DNA from: the human T2T-CHM13v2.0 reference genome, Homo sapiens | Assembly (NCBI RefSeq): GCF_009914755.1 | Contig: NC_060942.1 | Length of the DNA stretch: 64,000 nt | Direction: 5' to 3' (one strand) | Shown here: positions 40,783 through 60,411 of the stretch, in pieces | Layout of the letters: every line of letters starts with the position of its first letter | Numbering within the stretch: the stretch's first letter is position 1 | The notes under the pieces: generated by a model | Databases searched by the model: none | Seen by the model: the letters and a program-made list of their open reading frames with translations, nothing else | What the model was told of the DNA's origin: nothing | Made by a program: the position numbers and the translations under genes

Positions 40783-43053
40783 ATGATTTTAAAGTTCATA
40801 TGGAATCAGAAAAGCTGGAATAACCAAGGCAATCCTAAGCAAAAAGAACAAAGCTGGAGGCATTAGGTTACCCGACTTCAAACTATACTACAGGGCTACA
40901 GTAATCAAAACAGACATATATACTAAGGGAACTGAAGAGAGAACCCAAAAATAAGGTTACACACCTTCAACTATTTGTTCTTTGACAAAGCTAACAGAAA
41001 CAAGCACTGGGGGAAAGATTCCCTATTCAGTAAATGTCTGTTGAATAACTGGCTAGCCATATGCAAAAGATTGAAGCTGGACCCTTTTTTACACCATACA
41101 TACAAGTCAACTCAAGATGGATTAAACTCTTAGAAGTAAAACCAAAAACTATAAAAATCCCGGAAGACAACCTAGGCAATACCATCCCAGACATTGGAAT
41201 GGCCAAAGATTTTATGAGAAAGACAAAAAGCAATCACAGTCAAATCAAACATTGACAAATGGGGTCTAATTAAAATTAAGAGCTTCTGCATGGCAAGAGA
41301 AACTATCAACAGAACAAACAGCCTACAAAATGGGAGAAAATATTTGCAAACTATGAATCTGACAAAGCTCTAATATCCAGCATCTATAAGGAGCTTAAAC
41401 AAATTTACAAGAGAGAACAAGCCCATTAAAAAGTTGGCAAAGGACATGAACAGACACTTTCCAAAAGAAGACCTACATGCAGCCAACAGGCATATAAGAA
41501 AAACCCAGTATCACTGATGATCAGAGAAATGCAAATCAAATCCACAATGAGATACCATCACCCACTAGTCAGAATGGCTGTTATAAGAAAGTCAGGAAAC
41601 AACAGATGCTGGCAAGGTTGTGGAGAAAAGGGAACACATACATTGTTGGTGGGAGTGTTAATTAGTTCCACCATTGTGGAAAGCCGTATGGTGAGTCCTC
41701 AGAAAGCTAAAAGCAGAACTACCATTCCACCCTAAAAGCAGAACTAGCATTCCACCCAGCAATCCCATTACTGTGTACGTACCCAGAGAAATATAAAGCA
41801 TTCTACCATAAAGCCACATGCATGTGAATGTTCATTGCATCACTATTCGCAATAGCAAAGACATGGAATCAACCTAAATGCCCAGCAGTGACCGATTGGC
41901 CAAATAAAATGTGGTACATATACACCACAGAATACTATGCAACCATAAAAAAGAATAAGGTCATGTCTTTTGTGGGAACATGGATGAAGCTGGAGGCCAT
42001 TATCCTTAACAAACTAATGCAGGAACAGAAAACTGAATACCACATGTTCTCACTTATAAGTGGGAGCCTAATGATGAGAACTCATGAACGCAGAGAAGGG
42101 AACAGCAGACACTAAGGTCTGCTTGAGAGTGGAAGGTGGGAGGAGGGAGAGGAGTAGAAAAGATAACTATCAGGTACTAGGCTTAATACCTGGGTAATGA
42201 AATATGTACAAGAAACCCCTGTGACACAAGTTTACCTGTGTAACAAACCTTCACATGTACCCTGGAACCTAAAATAGATGTTAACAACAACAAAAGAAAA
42301 TGTAACTGTCTGAAGTGTAACTCTCAGTCCTGGACTAAGATGTACCAGAAATGTAACTTTATTTTCCCATAACAATTTTTATTCTAGTGCTTATTCTGGC
42401 TTGAAAACTTAATATAAATTTGTTTTATGAGAATTTAATATGAGTAAATGTGAGTCTCCACATCCTTTTCCTTTAAATAGTGGCTAAATCACTGGGGACT
42501 TGCATGGTGCCAGGAACTTGCAGGAGGCCACATCTTGGCTTTATTGCCTGGTTCTCAATCCCAAGCCTACATAGTTTATTGTGAAAGATTCCTTCTTCCT
42601 GTTTCCATTGCCTTTTTTATTTTCTGACTCCTGTGGTTCTAGACTGCCATGGAGCACACATGAAGTTCCTGTGGACACGGGCTTCCTGGTCCCCATGGGC
42701 CACTACTGTTGAGGCTGTCAATGACCTATCTGCCTGGGCTTGGGGGATCTGAGCCAGGCCTAGGTGTACAAAGTTCCCCTTTCTTTATTCTCTTTATTCC
42801 TTTCCTCTCTTAATCTCAATGATAATCTCTTAGAGCCATTTTCTTTATAATGATTTCCCCACAAGGAGCTCCTAGTATATTCTACCTAATGTCTTTAGGT
42901 GTTAGGAAATACCAAAGCAGAACCTAGCTGGCCACTTCCATTTTCTACACTGTCATCCCTCCTAAGACTGAACCCTGGAAAGAGTACTTCCTTCAGATAG
43001 ACATTGGGGAGATAGAAAGGGGGAAATAGTGGGAGGAAGAAAAAGTCAATTGG

Positions 43054-43201
43054 TGATATGGCTTAGGTATTTGTCCCCTTTAAATTTCATGTTGAAATGT
43101 GATCGCCAGTGTTGGAGATTTGCCTTTCTGTGGTAATGAGTGAGTTCTCACTCTGTTAGTTCAGGCCAGAGCTGATTGTTTAAAGGAGCCTGATACTACC
43201 T

Positions 43202-43233
<32 letters not shown>

Positions 43234-43474
43234 CTTCCCCCCTCCCTCTCCCTCCCTTTCTCTCCTTCCCTCCTCTCTCACCATGTGACACACCCGCCTG
43301 CTCCCCCTTTGCCTTCCACCATAATTGGAAGCTTCCTGAGGCCTGACTAGAAGCAGATGTTGGTGCCACGCCTCCGGTGCAGTTTGCAGAACCATAAACC
43401 AAATACATTTCTTTTCTTTATAAATTACCCAATCTCAGGTATTTTTCTGTAGCAACATGAGAAGAACTAACACA
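43054..43474 (+). mobile_element. MSTB-like MaLR solo LTR with internal (CT)n
   Basis: Ends tgatatgg...ctaacaca; 'cccctttgccttccaccataattggaagcttcctgaggcc'; 5-bp TSD-like attgg/atagg. Confidence 0.88.
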
Positions 43475-44126
43475 ATAGGTATTTCAAAAATATTCTCCAA
43501 CTCCATAATCCATTAGACCTCTCCCTGTCAAAAGGAGTATCCCACATGTCATGGACTGGTAGATCCTCATATTCTTCATGGTTTTGTTTCTGCTTGCTTG
43601 CTTCTGTGAAATCTGTTTTTTAATCTATGGATTGGATCCACTACTGAGTCAGGACGTTGATTTAGTGGGTAAAGAACAGTATTTTTAAAAAGGAATATAC
43701 TAGAATAGAATAGGAAAACTTATAGAGCATCACATAATATAAGTCTAGATATTACTTTGAAGCTTGCATTTTATACACATCTGTGTGTGTTCTAAGCTGT
43801 GAGGAGATGCATCTCTTACTGTTGGCTCTAATCAAAGTTTTAAAAACACCATTTTAGGGCATTTTTAGCTGTCACTGAATTTGCTATACCATTTAGTTCT
43901 CTCTTGAATATTTTTGTTTTCATAAAAAATATCCTATATTAATTTTTAAAAACATGGTGTACGTGGGTTGTAACTTTGAGTCATTGCTTGATTGAAAATG
44001 TCACATTTTTGTCTTCATAGGGTAGAAAAGTATTTTCCCTCTAAATTTTAAAGGCATAGTTTTGCTGATAAGATATATGATAACTTCCTCTCTCACTCTC
44101 TCGCTCTCTCTCGCTCGCTGTCTCTC

Positions 44127-44232
44127 ATTTTTTTAAGAGACAGCATCTCACTATGTTGCCCAGGCAAGCAATCTGCTTGCCTCGGCCCCGCAAAGTGCTG
44201 AGATTAAAGGCAAGAGCCACTGTGCCCAGCCC
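44127..44232 (-). mobile_element. FLAM or Alu left-monomer fragment
   Basis: 'tctcactatgttgcccagg...caaagtgctgagatta...gagccactgtgcccagcc'. Confidence 0.75.
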
Positions 44233-45683
44233 AAGATAACTTTATAGGCAAACTTTTTTCTCCCTCTCCAGAAGCTTTCTGAAGTTCTACTTTGGGATGC
44301 TGAAATCTGTCTAGGGTATGTCTGATAAAGATATTTTGCTTGTTCTGCTGGGCACTTATTTCAACAAGCATTTTTAAAAATCACTTTTCAGACTTTTTAT
44401 ACAGTAAAATTTATTCTTTCTAGAATATGGTTCTATGGGTTTTGATAAACACCTGTAGTCAAGTAACCATGACCATGATCAAAATGTAGAACATTTCATC
44501 ACTCAGAGTGACCCCTTTGTGATGAACCAGGCCCTATCCTCGCCCCTGGCCCATGTAAATTACTAATTTCAACAGATTTTATTTTTACTTCTTCAGTAGG
44601 TCTTTGATTATTTTTGATTTCCATTTTTTGCCTTGCCAATTTTGTTCTTTGGTGAACTAGACTGTGTTGTAATATTTAACATAATATGATGTAATATCCT
44701 TTGAATGTTTTCTGTTCATGAATTATCTGTTTGAAGGTTTCTCATCCGTGAATTATCTGTTTCTCCTAGGGCTAGTGTGTTCACTTGTGCTCAGATTCTG
44801 CCTCGCTTTCTATTTACATCTTTGTCCTTTCCTTTCTTGCTGTTGGATTTCCTTAAATGACTGGGTGGTCATTGGCTGTCTGTTCATTTTTATGGACAAG
44901 GAGGAGGCTGAATAGTATAGGTGGCCAAATGGGTTTCCACTGCAGCTGGAAAGGTCTGATTCCTGAGCAGGTCTTAAAGGTCTTGGCTGGGATGGGCAAC
45001 TATGGGCTTCTACAAGTGCTGCCAGTGGCCAGGGATGTCAACAGACCAGCTTCCCTGTGGTGCGTAGGTGGGAGTGGCTAGGGTGAACCCCTTATGTTCT
45101 TGGAACAAACAAACAAAAGCAGGGAGGCTGTATTTTGGGGTCATGAGCTTTAGAACATCTTACCCTTGGGTAGTGTTGGCTCCCCCTTCCAGCGTCAGGT
45201 TTGGAGATCCACAAGTCACCTCCAGGCCTGCCTTCCTCATCTCAGGCCACAAGACAAGGTGTGTCCCCACAATAGGCAGGTGGCTCACTCTATTCAGAGA
45301 CAGGCCTAGGTCTATGCTGGGGTATAAATACCTCTCCTGCCAGAGGAACGTGCTTTGTTTAGAGGTAGTAAATGAGAAGGCAAAGGACCTGAGTAGCCAG
45401 CTGATGCTGATCACACCTCTTTGAATAGCCTGGTCATTGTGGCTTTGGTGACATTTCCAGAGTCCCCTTCTGTCTGGTATTTTTGGCTGTTGTGTTCTTT
45501 CATCATTGTGTTTCTGTCTGTTAACTATCAGCTAAGGTATCTTCCTTTTGTCTCTACCATCAATGCTTTTATTATTTTAAACAATCTCTTCCTCTGTATG
45601 TGCAACCTGAAAAGATATTGCAAATAGGATTACTTTTGCAAATTGTTAATACCCTACAAAATTGCTTTAGAAATTTTTTATTT

Positions 45684-45993
45684 TTATTTTTTATTTTTTT
45701 TTGAGACGGAGTCTCGCTGTGTCGCCCTGGCTGGAGTGCAGTGGTGCCATCTCGGCTCACCGCAAGCTCTGCCTCCCGGGTTCACGCCATTCTCCTGCCT
45801 CAGCCTCCCGTAGCTGGGATCACAGGCGCCCACCATCATGCCTGGCTAATTTTTTTTTTTTTTTTTTGTATTTTTAGTAGAGATGCGGTTTCACCGTGTT
45901 AGCCAGCGTGGTCTCGATCTCCTGACCTCGTGATCCACCGGCCTTGGCCTCCCAAAGTGCTGGGATTACAGGCGTGAGCCACCGCGCCCGGCC
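45684..45993 (-). mobile_element. AluY-like SINE
   Basis: 'gcaagctctgcctcccgggttcacgccattctcc' and 'ctcgatctcctgacctcgtgatc'; TSD agaaattttttattt. Confidence 0.93.
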
Positions 45994-48547
45994 AGAAATT
46001 TTTTATTTAACACACATTTAAAAATATTTCAGCTGGGCTTCGAGTGGGAGGTGCTTCGTTTGCCATTTGAGTTGGAAGTGAATATATATGATTTTAAAGG
46101 TAATAAGTGTATTTCTTTTAAAATATGGGACCTAGTTCAGACCTTCCACAAAATTCTTCCTATGCTATTAACCTGTGATGGAAAAAGTTTAAAGCTGGAC
46201 ATCTTTCTCCTCATGCAAGACACTGAACACAGCAGAAGTATAACGACCTATTGAGTTTAATTTAATTATATAATAAATGACCAGGAAAACGTGTATTTAA
46301 AGAAGAGTGCATATATTTTGTAGTTAGACCCTGCTTTGAGGTATCTAGGGAAGAAAAGTGATTTGAGTTGCTTGGAAGAGGTGAGGAGAATAGTCAGGGA
46401 CACAGTAGTTGGCATTGTTCATGATATTTAGTTCATTTTCTTTAACACATACTGGTATAAAAGATACTGATTTGGGGATAATTTTCTCCCCTGCCTTCAT
46501 TCTGTTCTATCCTGAAAAATCATATTTAAATGAATTTAATGTACAAAATTTAGTACTTTACAAATTGACATGCATTAGACAGTTTCTCCCTCTCCCCAAG
46601 GCTAGCTTTCTAGTTCCATAGTGGAGACCAATAGTTAGATTTTGGTCTGTTGACACTGCTTTTATGTACAGAAAGTTAGGAAATAACTAATCTGCAAATT
46701 GTCCAATAAGTAGAGTCTATAGGTTACAAAGAGATTTGTCCTGTGGTTCAGGATGTTTGGTAGCAGTTGCCTGGATATCTGTGTTGAGAAGAATGTTGTA
46801 TCTTTTCTGGACTCTGCAGAGAAACGTGATGAGTAATGTCTGCCCTGAGGACATTAGACAGCACATGAGCTAAGCATAGATCATTATGCCAGTGGTAGTG
46901 GTGGTTCTTATAATTATTATTATTAGTTACCAGTTTCTCAGAGTTTATTTAGCTTATTATTTTTTACCATAAGTGTATCTGTGAGACTATAATGTTTTTA
47001 TGGAAAATATATAGCTGAATAAAACACTACATTTTTAGTTTTGTGTAGGTCTTTTTTAAGAAATAGAATTATTTTATGCTTTCACCCACTCTTTAGGTTT
47101 TAATTATTTTTAATCACCTTGCACACTTACTATAGGTACAATATTTATTACTACCTTTAACAAAGGAATGGAACGTGATCTTTCTTGTGTTTCAAATATT
47201 CTGTTTTCTTATAAACTTAGTTTTGATATTTTTCAGGCTATAATCATGTCTTAGATACTTGAGTCCCAAATCTGCCTGTGTTCCTTTTGACTGTAATTAA
47301 TAGTGCCGTTTGGTGTTCTGGGGTACAAATCATAGGGCTGCTCAATGTCACACATTTCCTTGTTTGTGTATTCCCTTGATCAATGTCATCAACAGCGTAA
47401 GGACTAGAGCCTTTACCATAAGCTCATATTCATATTTTTCTTAAACAATGTGTGTGTGTGCATGTACATGTGTAGGTGAGTGTTAATTTCTCACCTTTTA
47501 AACCATAATTCAAAATCTAGGTGACATGTTCCAATAGCTGATAAGCATTTCATAGTATGGTAGGTCAGGTTTACCATGTAATGTCTTTGATAATGCCTCC
47601 TTTTATATGAGAGAAGTTTCAATGGAGTCCTGCTGAGGAAGTAAATCAACAGGGGGCAAGTAGTTTGACCCTTCCAGCCAGAGAGAGAATTTGGTAAGTT
47701 TTTAGACAGGTTACTGACTGCCCTTTAGAGGTTCTGTAACTCCTTTCAGCTGGGGCTTGTATTTCATGTGTGAGAGGGCTACATTATCATAATCCATTTT
47801 TTGTTTTTATGTTATCTATCAGCAGCTCTTATAAGGCTGCTTTCTGAAGGGTATTCCCCATTTACTTGCTGTAATTCACCTTCTTTATTTCTTTAATCAT
47901 GAAATTGATGTTTTGCAACCAGAGGGAGGCATTATATGTAAGTTGTTTGTGGAGGTGCTACAGGGAAGAAAATTAGTGGTAAAATTAAGAACAAAAAATG
48001 GCGGTGGAAGGAAATTCATGAATAGACATCGCCTCAGTGCCATAGGAAGAAGTGCTCAAGAAGCGTGTTAGACCCGAAGATCCTGGAAGAATGTCAGGCT
48101 CATGATAATTATAATTATGATATGTCTGTGGCTGATGCTGAAAAGTGCTCATGACACACTAACAAGTTTTTACTTAAGTGATTCTATTTGGTAGAAAATA
48201 CCCAGATTTACCCTAACATGTAAAAAAGGTACTATCTTAAAATGTGTCTACCTATTAAACAGTGATTCCTCAGGCAGTCCTCAAACTGAAATCAGTGGAA
48301 ATGTGTAAAATTGTTGATGCACTCATGTTACCATCTGAGTCTTAAAACATTTGACGTATTTTTTTATTTATACAATTTTACACACCTGAAAAGATAATGC
48401 AAATAGGATTACTTTTGCAAATTGTTAATACCTTACAAAATTTCTTGGAAATTTTTATTTAAATTTTTAAACATCCTTTTTTATTCAAGGGAAAAAATTC
48501 CAGCCTATCTCATTCTCTCATATAATACGCCATTTTCCTTAACAGTT

Positions 48548-51500
48548 CTTTTTCTAAATTTTTATTTTGTGAGTACATAGTAGGTATATATATTTGTTGA
48601 GTACATGACATATTTTGGTACAGGCGTGCAATGCATAATAGTCAGCATGGAGAATGGGGTATCCATCTTCTCAAGCATTCATCTTTTGTGTTACAAACCA
48701 TCCAATTTTAGTCTTACAGTCCTTTTAAAATGTACAGTTATTATGGACTATAGTCACCCTGTTGTGCTACCAAACACTAGGTCTTATTCATGCTTTCTAT
48801 TTTTTGTGCCCATTAACCAACTCCCATCTCCACCTCCTTGCCACTACCCTTCCCAACCTCTGGCAACCATCCTTCTACTCTCTATCTCCACAAGTGTAAT
48901 CGTTTTGAATTTTAGATCCCACAAATAAGTGAGAACATCAATGTTTTTCTTTGCCTGGCCTATTCCAATTAACATAATGACCTCCAGTTCCATCCATGTT
49001 GTTGCAAATGACAGGATCTCACTCTCTTCTGTGGCTGAATATACACAACTCCATTGTGTATATGTACCACATGTTTTTATCCATTCATCTGTTGATGGAC
49101 ACTTAGGTTGCTTCCACATCTTGGCTATTGTGAACAGTGCTGCAACAAACATGGGAATGCAGACATCTCTGAGAATCTAATGTCCTTTCTTTGGGGTATA
49201 TACCTAGCAATGGGATTGCTGGATCATATGGCAGATCTAGTTTTTTTGAGGAACCTCCAAACTGTGCTCCATGGTAGTTTTATTAATTTATGTTTCCACC
49301 AACAGTGTAGAGGGTTCCCTTTTCTCCATATGCTCAACAGCATTTGTTATTGCCGGTTCTTTGGATAAAAGCCATTTTAACTGGGGTGAGATGATATCTC
49401 ACTGTAGTTTTGAATTGCATTTCTCTGATGATCAGTGATGTTGAACTTCTTTGTATGCCTGTTTGGCATTTATATGTCTTCTTTTGAGGAAATGTCTGTT
49501 CAAATCTTCTGCCTATTTTTAAGTTGGATTATTAGATTTTTTTTCCTATAGTGTTTTTTGAGCTCCATATATACTCTGGTTATTAATGTCTTGTCAGATG
49601 GGTAGCTTGCAGATATTTTCTCCCATTCTGTCAGTTATCTGTTCACTTTGTTGTTTCCTTTGTTGTGCAGAAGCTTTTTGACTTGATGCCAGCCCATTTG
49701 TTCATGTTTGCTTTGGTTCCCTGTGCTTTTGGGGCATTGCTCAAAAAAATCTTTGCCCAATCCAATGTCCTAGAGAGTTTCCCTGTGTTCTTGTAGTAGT
49801 TTCATAATTTGAGGTCTTAGATTTATGTCTGATCCATTTTGATTTGATTTTTGTATATGGCAAGAGACAGGGGTCTAGTTTCATGCTTCTGCATATCGAC
49901 ATCTAGTTTTGCCAAAGCCATTCATTGAAGAGACTGTCTTTTTCCTTGGTGTATGTTCTTAGCACCTTTGTTGAAAATAAGTTTACTGTAGGTGTGTAGA
50001 TTTGTTTCTGGGTCTTTACTCTGTTGCATTGGTCTATGTGTCTGTTTTTATGCCAGTACAATTCTCTCTTGGTTATTATAGCTCTGTTGCATAGTTTGAG
50101 GTCAGGAAATGTGATTCTTCCAGTTTTGTTCTGTTTACTTAGGATAGCTTTGGCTGTTCTGGGTCTTTTGTGGCTCCATGTAAATTTTAGAATTGTTTTT
50201 TCTTTTACTGTGAAGAATGTCATTGGTATTTTGAGAGGGATTGCATTGAATCTGTAGATTGCTTTGGGTAGTGTGGACATTTTAACAACATTGACTCTTC
50301 CAATTCAAGAACATTAAATATGTTTCCATTTTTTGTGTCCTCTTATTATCAGTGTTTCATAGTTTTCATTATAGAGATCTTTCACTTCTGTGTTTAACTC
50401 CTAGGTATGTAATTTTATTTGTGGCTATTGAAAATGAGATTACCTTTTTGGTTTCTTTTTCAGATTGTTTGCTGTCAGCCTATAGAAATGCTACGGAGTT
50501 TTGTATATTGATTTTGCACCCTGCAACTTAAATCAATTTGTTTGTCAGTTCTAATAGGTTTTTGTTTGTGTGTGAAGTCTTTAGGTTTTTCCAAAGACAA
50601 GATCATATCATCTACAAATAAGGATAATTTGACTTCTTCCTTTCCAATTTGGATGCACTTTATTTCTTTCTTTTGTCTGATTGTTCTAGCCAGAACTTCC
50701 AGTAGTATCTTGAATAACTGTTGTGAAAGTGGGCATCTCTGCCATGTTCCACATCTTAGAGGAAAGGTTTTCAGTTTTTCTTCATTTAGTATGATACTAG
50801 CTGTGGGTCTGTTATACATGGTTTTTATTATGTTGATGTAGGTTCCTTTTATACCCAGTTTTTTGAGGGCTTTTATCATGAAGGGATGCTGAAGGGAACT
50901 TCACCAGATGCTTTCTCAGCATCAATTGAAATGATCATATGGTTTTTGTCCTTCATCCTGTTGATATGATGTATCACACTGATTGATTTGCATATGTTGA
51001 ACCATCCTTGCATCCCTGGGATAAATTTCACTTGGTCATGATGAATGATTTTTTTAATATATTGTCGAATTCTGGTATCTAATAGTTTGTTAAATTTTTT
51101 ATATCTATGTATATCACAGGTATTGTCCTATAGTTTTGTTTCTTTGACACCTCTTTGCTTTTTGTATCAGTTTAATACTGGCCTTCTAGAATGAGTTTGG
51201 AAGTATTCCCTCCTCTATTATTTGAAGTGGTTTGAGTAGGATTGGTATTAATTCTTTAAATGTTTAGTAGAATTCAGCAGTGAAGCCATTGGGCCTGGGC
51301 TTTTCTTTACTGGGAGACTTTTTATTATGGCTTTGATCCCATTACTTGTTATTGGTAGGTTGTAGATATTTTTTCATGATTCAATCTTTGTAGATTGTAT
51401 GTGCTTAGGAATTTATCCACTTCCCCTACATTTTCCAAGTTAGCAGCGTATAGTTGCTCATGGTAGCCACTAACAATCTTTAAGTTTCTGTAGTATTAGT

Positions 51501-53893
51501 TGTAATGTCTTTTTTTTCGTCTCTGATTTTATTTCCCTGGGTCTTCTCCCTTTTTTTCTTTGTTAGTCTAGCTAAAGGTTGTCAATTTTGTTTATCCTTT
51601 CAGAAAAACAACTTTTTGTTTAATCTTTTGTATTCTTATTTCAAATTCATTAATGTGTGTTCTGATCATTTTTATATCTTCCACTAATTTCAAATTTGGT
51701 TTGCTCTGGATTTTCCAGTTCTTTAAGATGCATTATTGTGTTGTTTATTTGAAGTTTTTCTTCTTTCTTGATGTAGGCAATTATAGCTATAAACTTCTCT
51801 CTAGTACTGCTGTTGCTGTATCCCATAGGTTTTAATATGTTATGTTTTTATTATCACAAGTTTCTAGAAGTTTTTCAGTTTCCTTCTTAATTTCTTCATT
51901 GACCCACTGGTTCTTCAGGAACATATTGTTTAATTTCCATTTGTAAATATCTATTAGGTCCATTTATTTTGTAGTCCAGACTAGGTCTGATTTTTCTTTG
52001 TCAGTTTTCTTTCTGGGACATATGTTCAATGCTGAAAGTGGGATGTTGAAGTTCCCAGCTATTATTGTATTTAGGTCTATCTTTTTAGCTGTAATAATAT
52101 TTGCTTTATATATCTGGGTGCTCCAGTGGAGGGTGCATATGTACTTAGAACCATTGTATCCTCTTGCTGAATTGACCCCTTTATCATTATATAATGACTT
52201 TTTTCTCTTACAATTTTTGTTTTGAAATCTATTTTGTCTGATATAAGTATAGCTATTCCTGCGCTTTTTTGGTTTCCTTTGCCATGGAATATTTTTTTCC
52301 ATTCATTTATTTTTGGCCTGTGTGTATCTTTATAGATAAAGTGTGCTTCTTGTAGGCAACAGATCACTGGGTCTTGCTTGTTCATCCATTAGGCAACTCT
52401 GTGTCTTTTTATTGGAGAATTTAGTCCATTTCCATTCAATGTTATTATTGATATGTAAACACACCTAGCATTTTGTTATTTGTTTTCTAGTTGTTTTCAA
52501 GTCTTCTTTTCTTCCTCCCTATCTTCCTTTTAGTAAAAGTGATTTTCTCTGGCGGTATAATTTCTTGCTTTTTTTGTGTGTGTATCCATTGTGTTTTTCA
52601 ATATGAGGTTATTATGAGGTTTGCAGATACTATCTTAAAACCCATTATTTTAAACTGATGACAACATAATTGCATAAACAAACACACAAAAAAACTAATA
52701 AAAACTCTACACTGTAACATTATCTCCCAAGTTTTTAACTTTTTATTGCCTCTCTTTATGTCTTATTGTACTGTGTATGTCTTGAGAAGTTGTGGTTATT
52801 GATTTTGTTTGGTTCATTTAGTCTTTCTACTTAAGATAAGAGTAGTTTCACACCACAATTAACAGTGTTACACTATTCTGGGGGTTTTGTGTGTTTACTA
52901 TTAGCAGTGAGTTTTGGTCCTTCTGATGATTTCTTATTGCTGATTAATGTCCTTTCCTTTCAGATTGAAGAACTCCCTTTAGCTTTTTTTTGTAGGGCAG
53001 GTCTGGTGCTAATGAAATTCCTCAGTTTTTGTTTCTCCTTCATGATTGAAGGATATTTTTGCCAGATATACTATTCTAGAGTAAAAGTTGTTTTTCTTCA
53101 GTACTCTAAATATGTCATACCATTCTCTCCTGGCCTGTAAGGTTTGCACTGAAAGCTTTCCATCTGCTGTCAGGTATATTGTAGCTCCATTGTATGTTAT
53201 TTGCTTCTTTTCTCGTGTTGCTTTTAAGATCCTTTCTTTATTCTTGACCTTCAAGAGTTTGGTTATTAAATGCCTGGAGGTAGTCTGTTTTGGATTAAAT
53301 CTGCTTGGTGTTCTATAACCTTTCTGTACTTGGATGTTGATATCTTTTCCCAGGTTTCGGAAGTTCTCAGATATTATTCTTTTGAATAAACTTTCTACCC
53401 TATCTGTTTCTCTGCCTCCTACTGAAGACCAATAATTCTTAGATTTGCCCTTTTGAGGCTATTTTCTGTATCTTGTATGTGTGCTTTATTCTTTTTAATT
53501 TTTTGACTTAACTGGTTGTATTTTCAAACATCCTATCATGAAGCCCACTGATCCTTTCTTCTGCTTTATCAGTTCTGCTATTAAGAGACTCTTATACATT
53601 CTTCAGTATGTCAATTTTTCAGCTCCAGAATTTCTGCTTCTTTTTAATAATTTTAATATCATTGTTAAATTTATCTAATAAAATTCTGAATTGCTTCTCT
53701 GTGTTACCTTGAATTTTTTTTTAGTTTCCTCGAAACACCCACTTTGAATTCTCAGTCTGAAAAGTCACATATCTCTGTTTTTCCAGGATTGGTCCTTGGT
53801 GCCTTATTTAGTTCATTTGGTGAGGTCATTTTTTTCCTAAATGGTCTTGATACTTGTAGCTGTTTATCATTGTTTGGGCATTGAAGAGTTAAG
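48548..53893 (-). mobile_element. L1MA (L1MA1-3-like) long antisense element
   Basis: 3' end 'gtacatagtaggtatatatattt...ggagaatggggtatccatc'; decayed ORF2 and ORF1 pieces. Confidence 0.85.
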
Positions 53894-53894
53894 T

Positions 53895-60411
<6,517 letters not shown>

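Noticed and set aside
47590-47700. Purine-rich stretch ending in a good donor (ttg|gtaagt)
   Set aside because: No convincing acceptor or ANKRD26 homology seen, so an exon cannot be supported.
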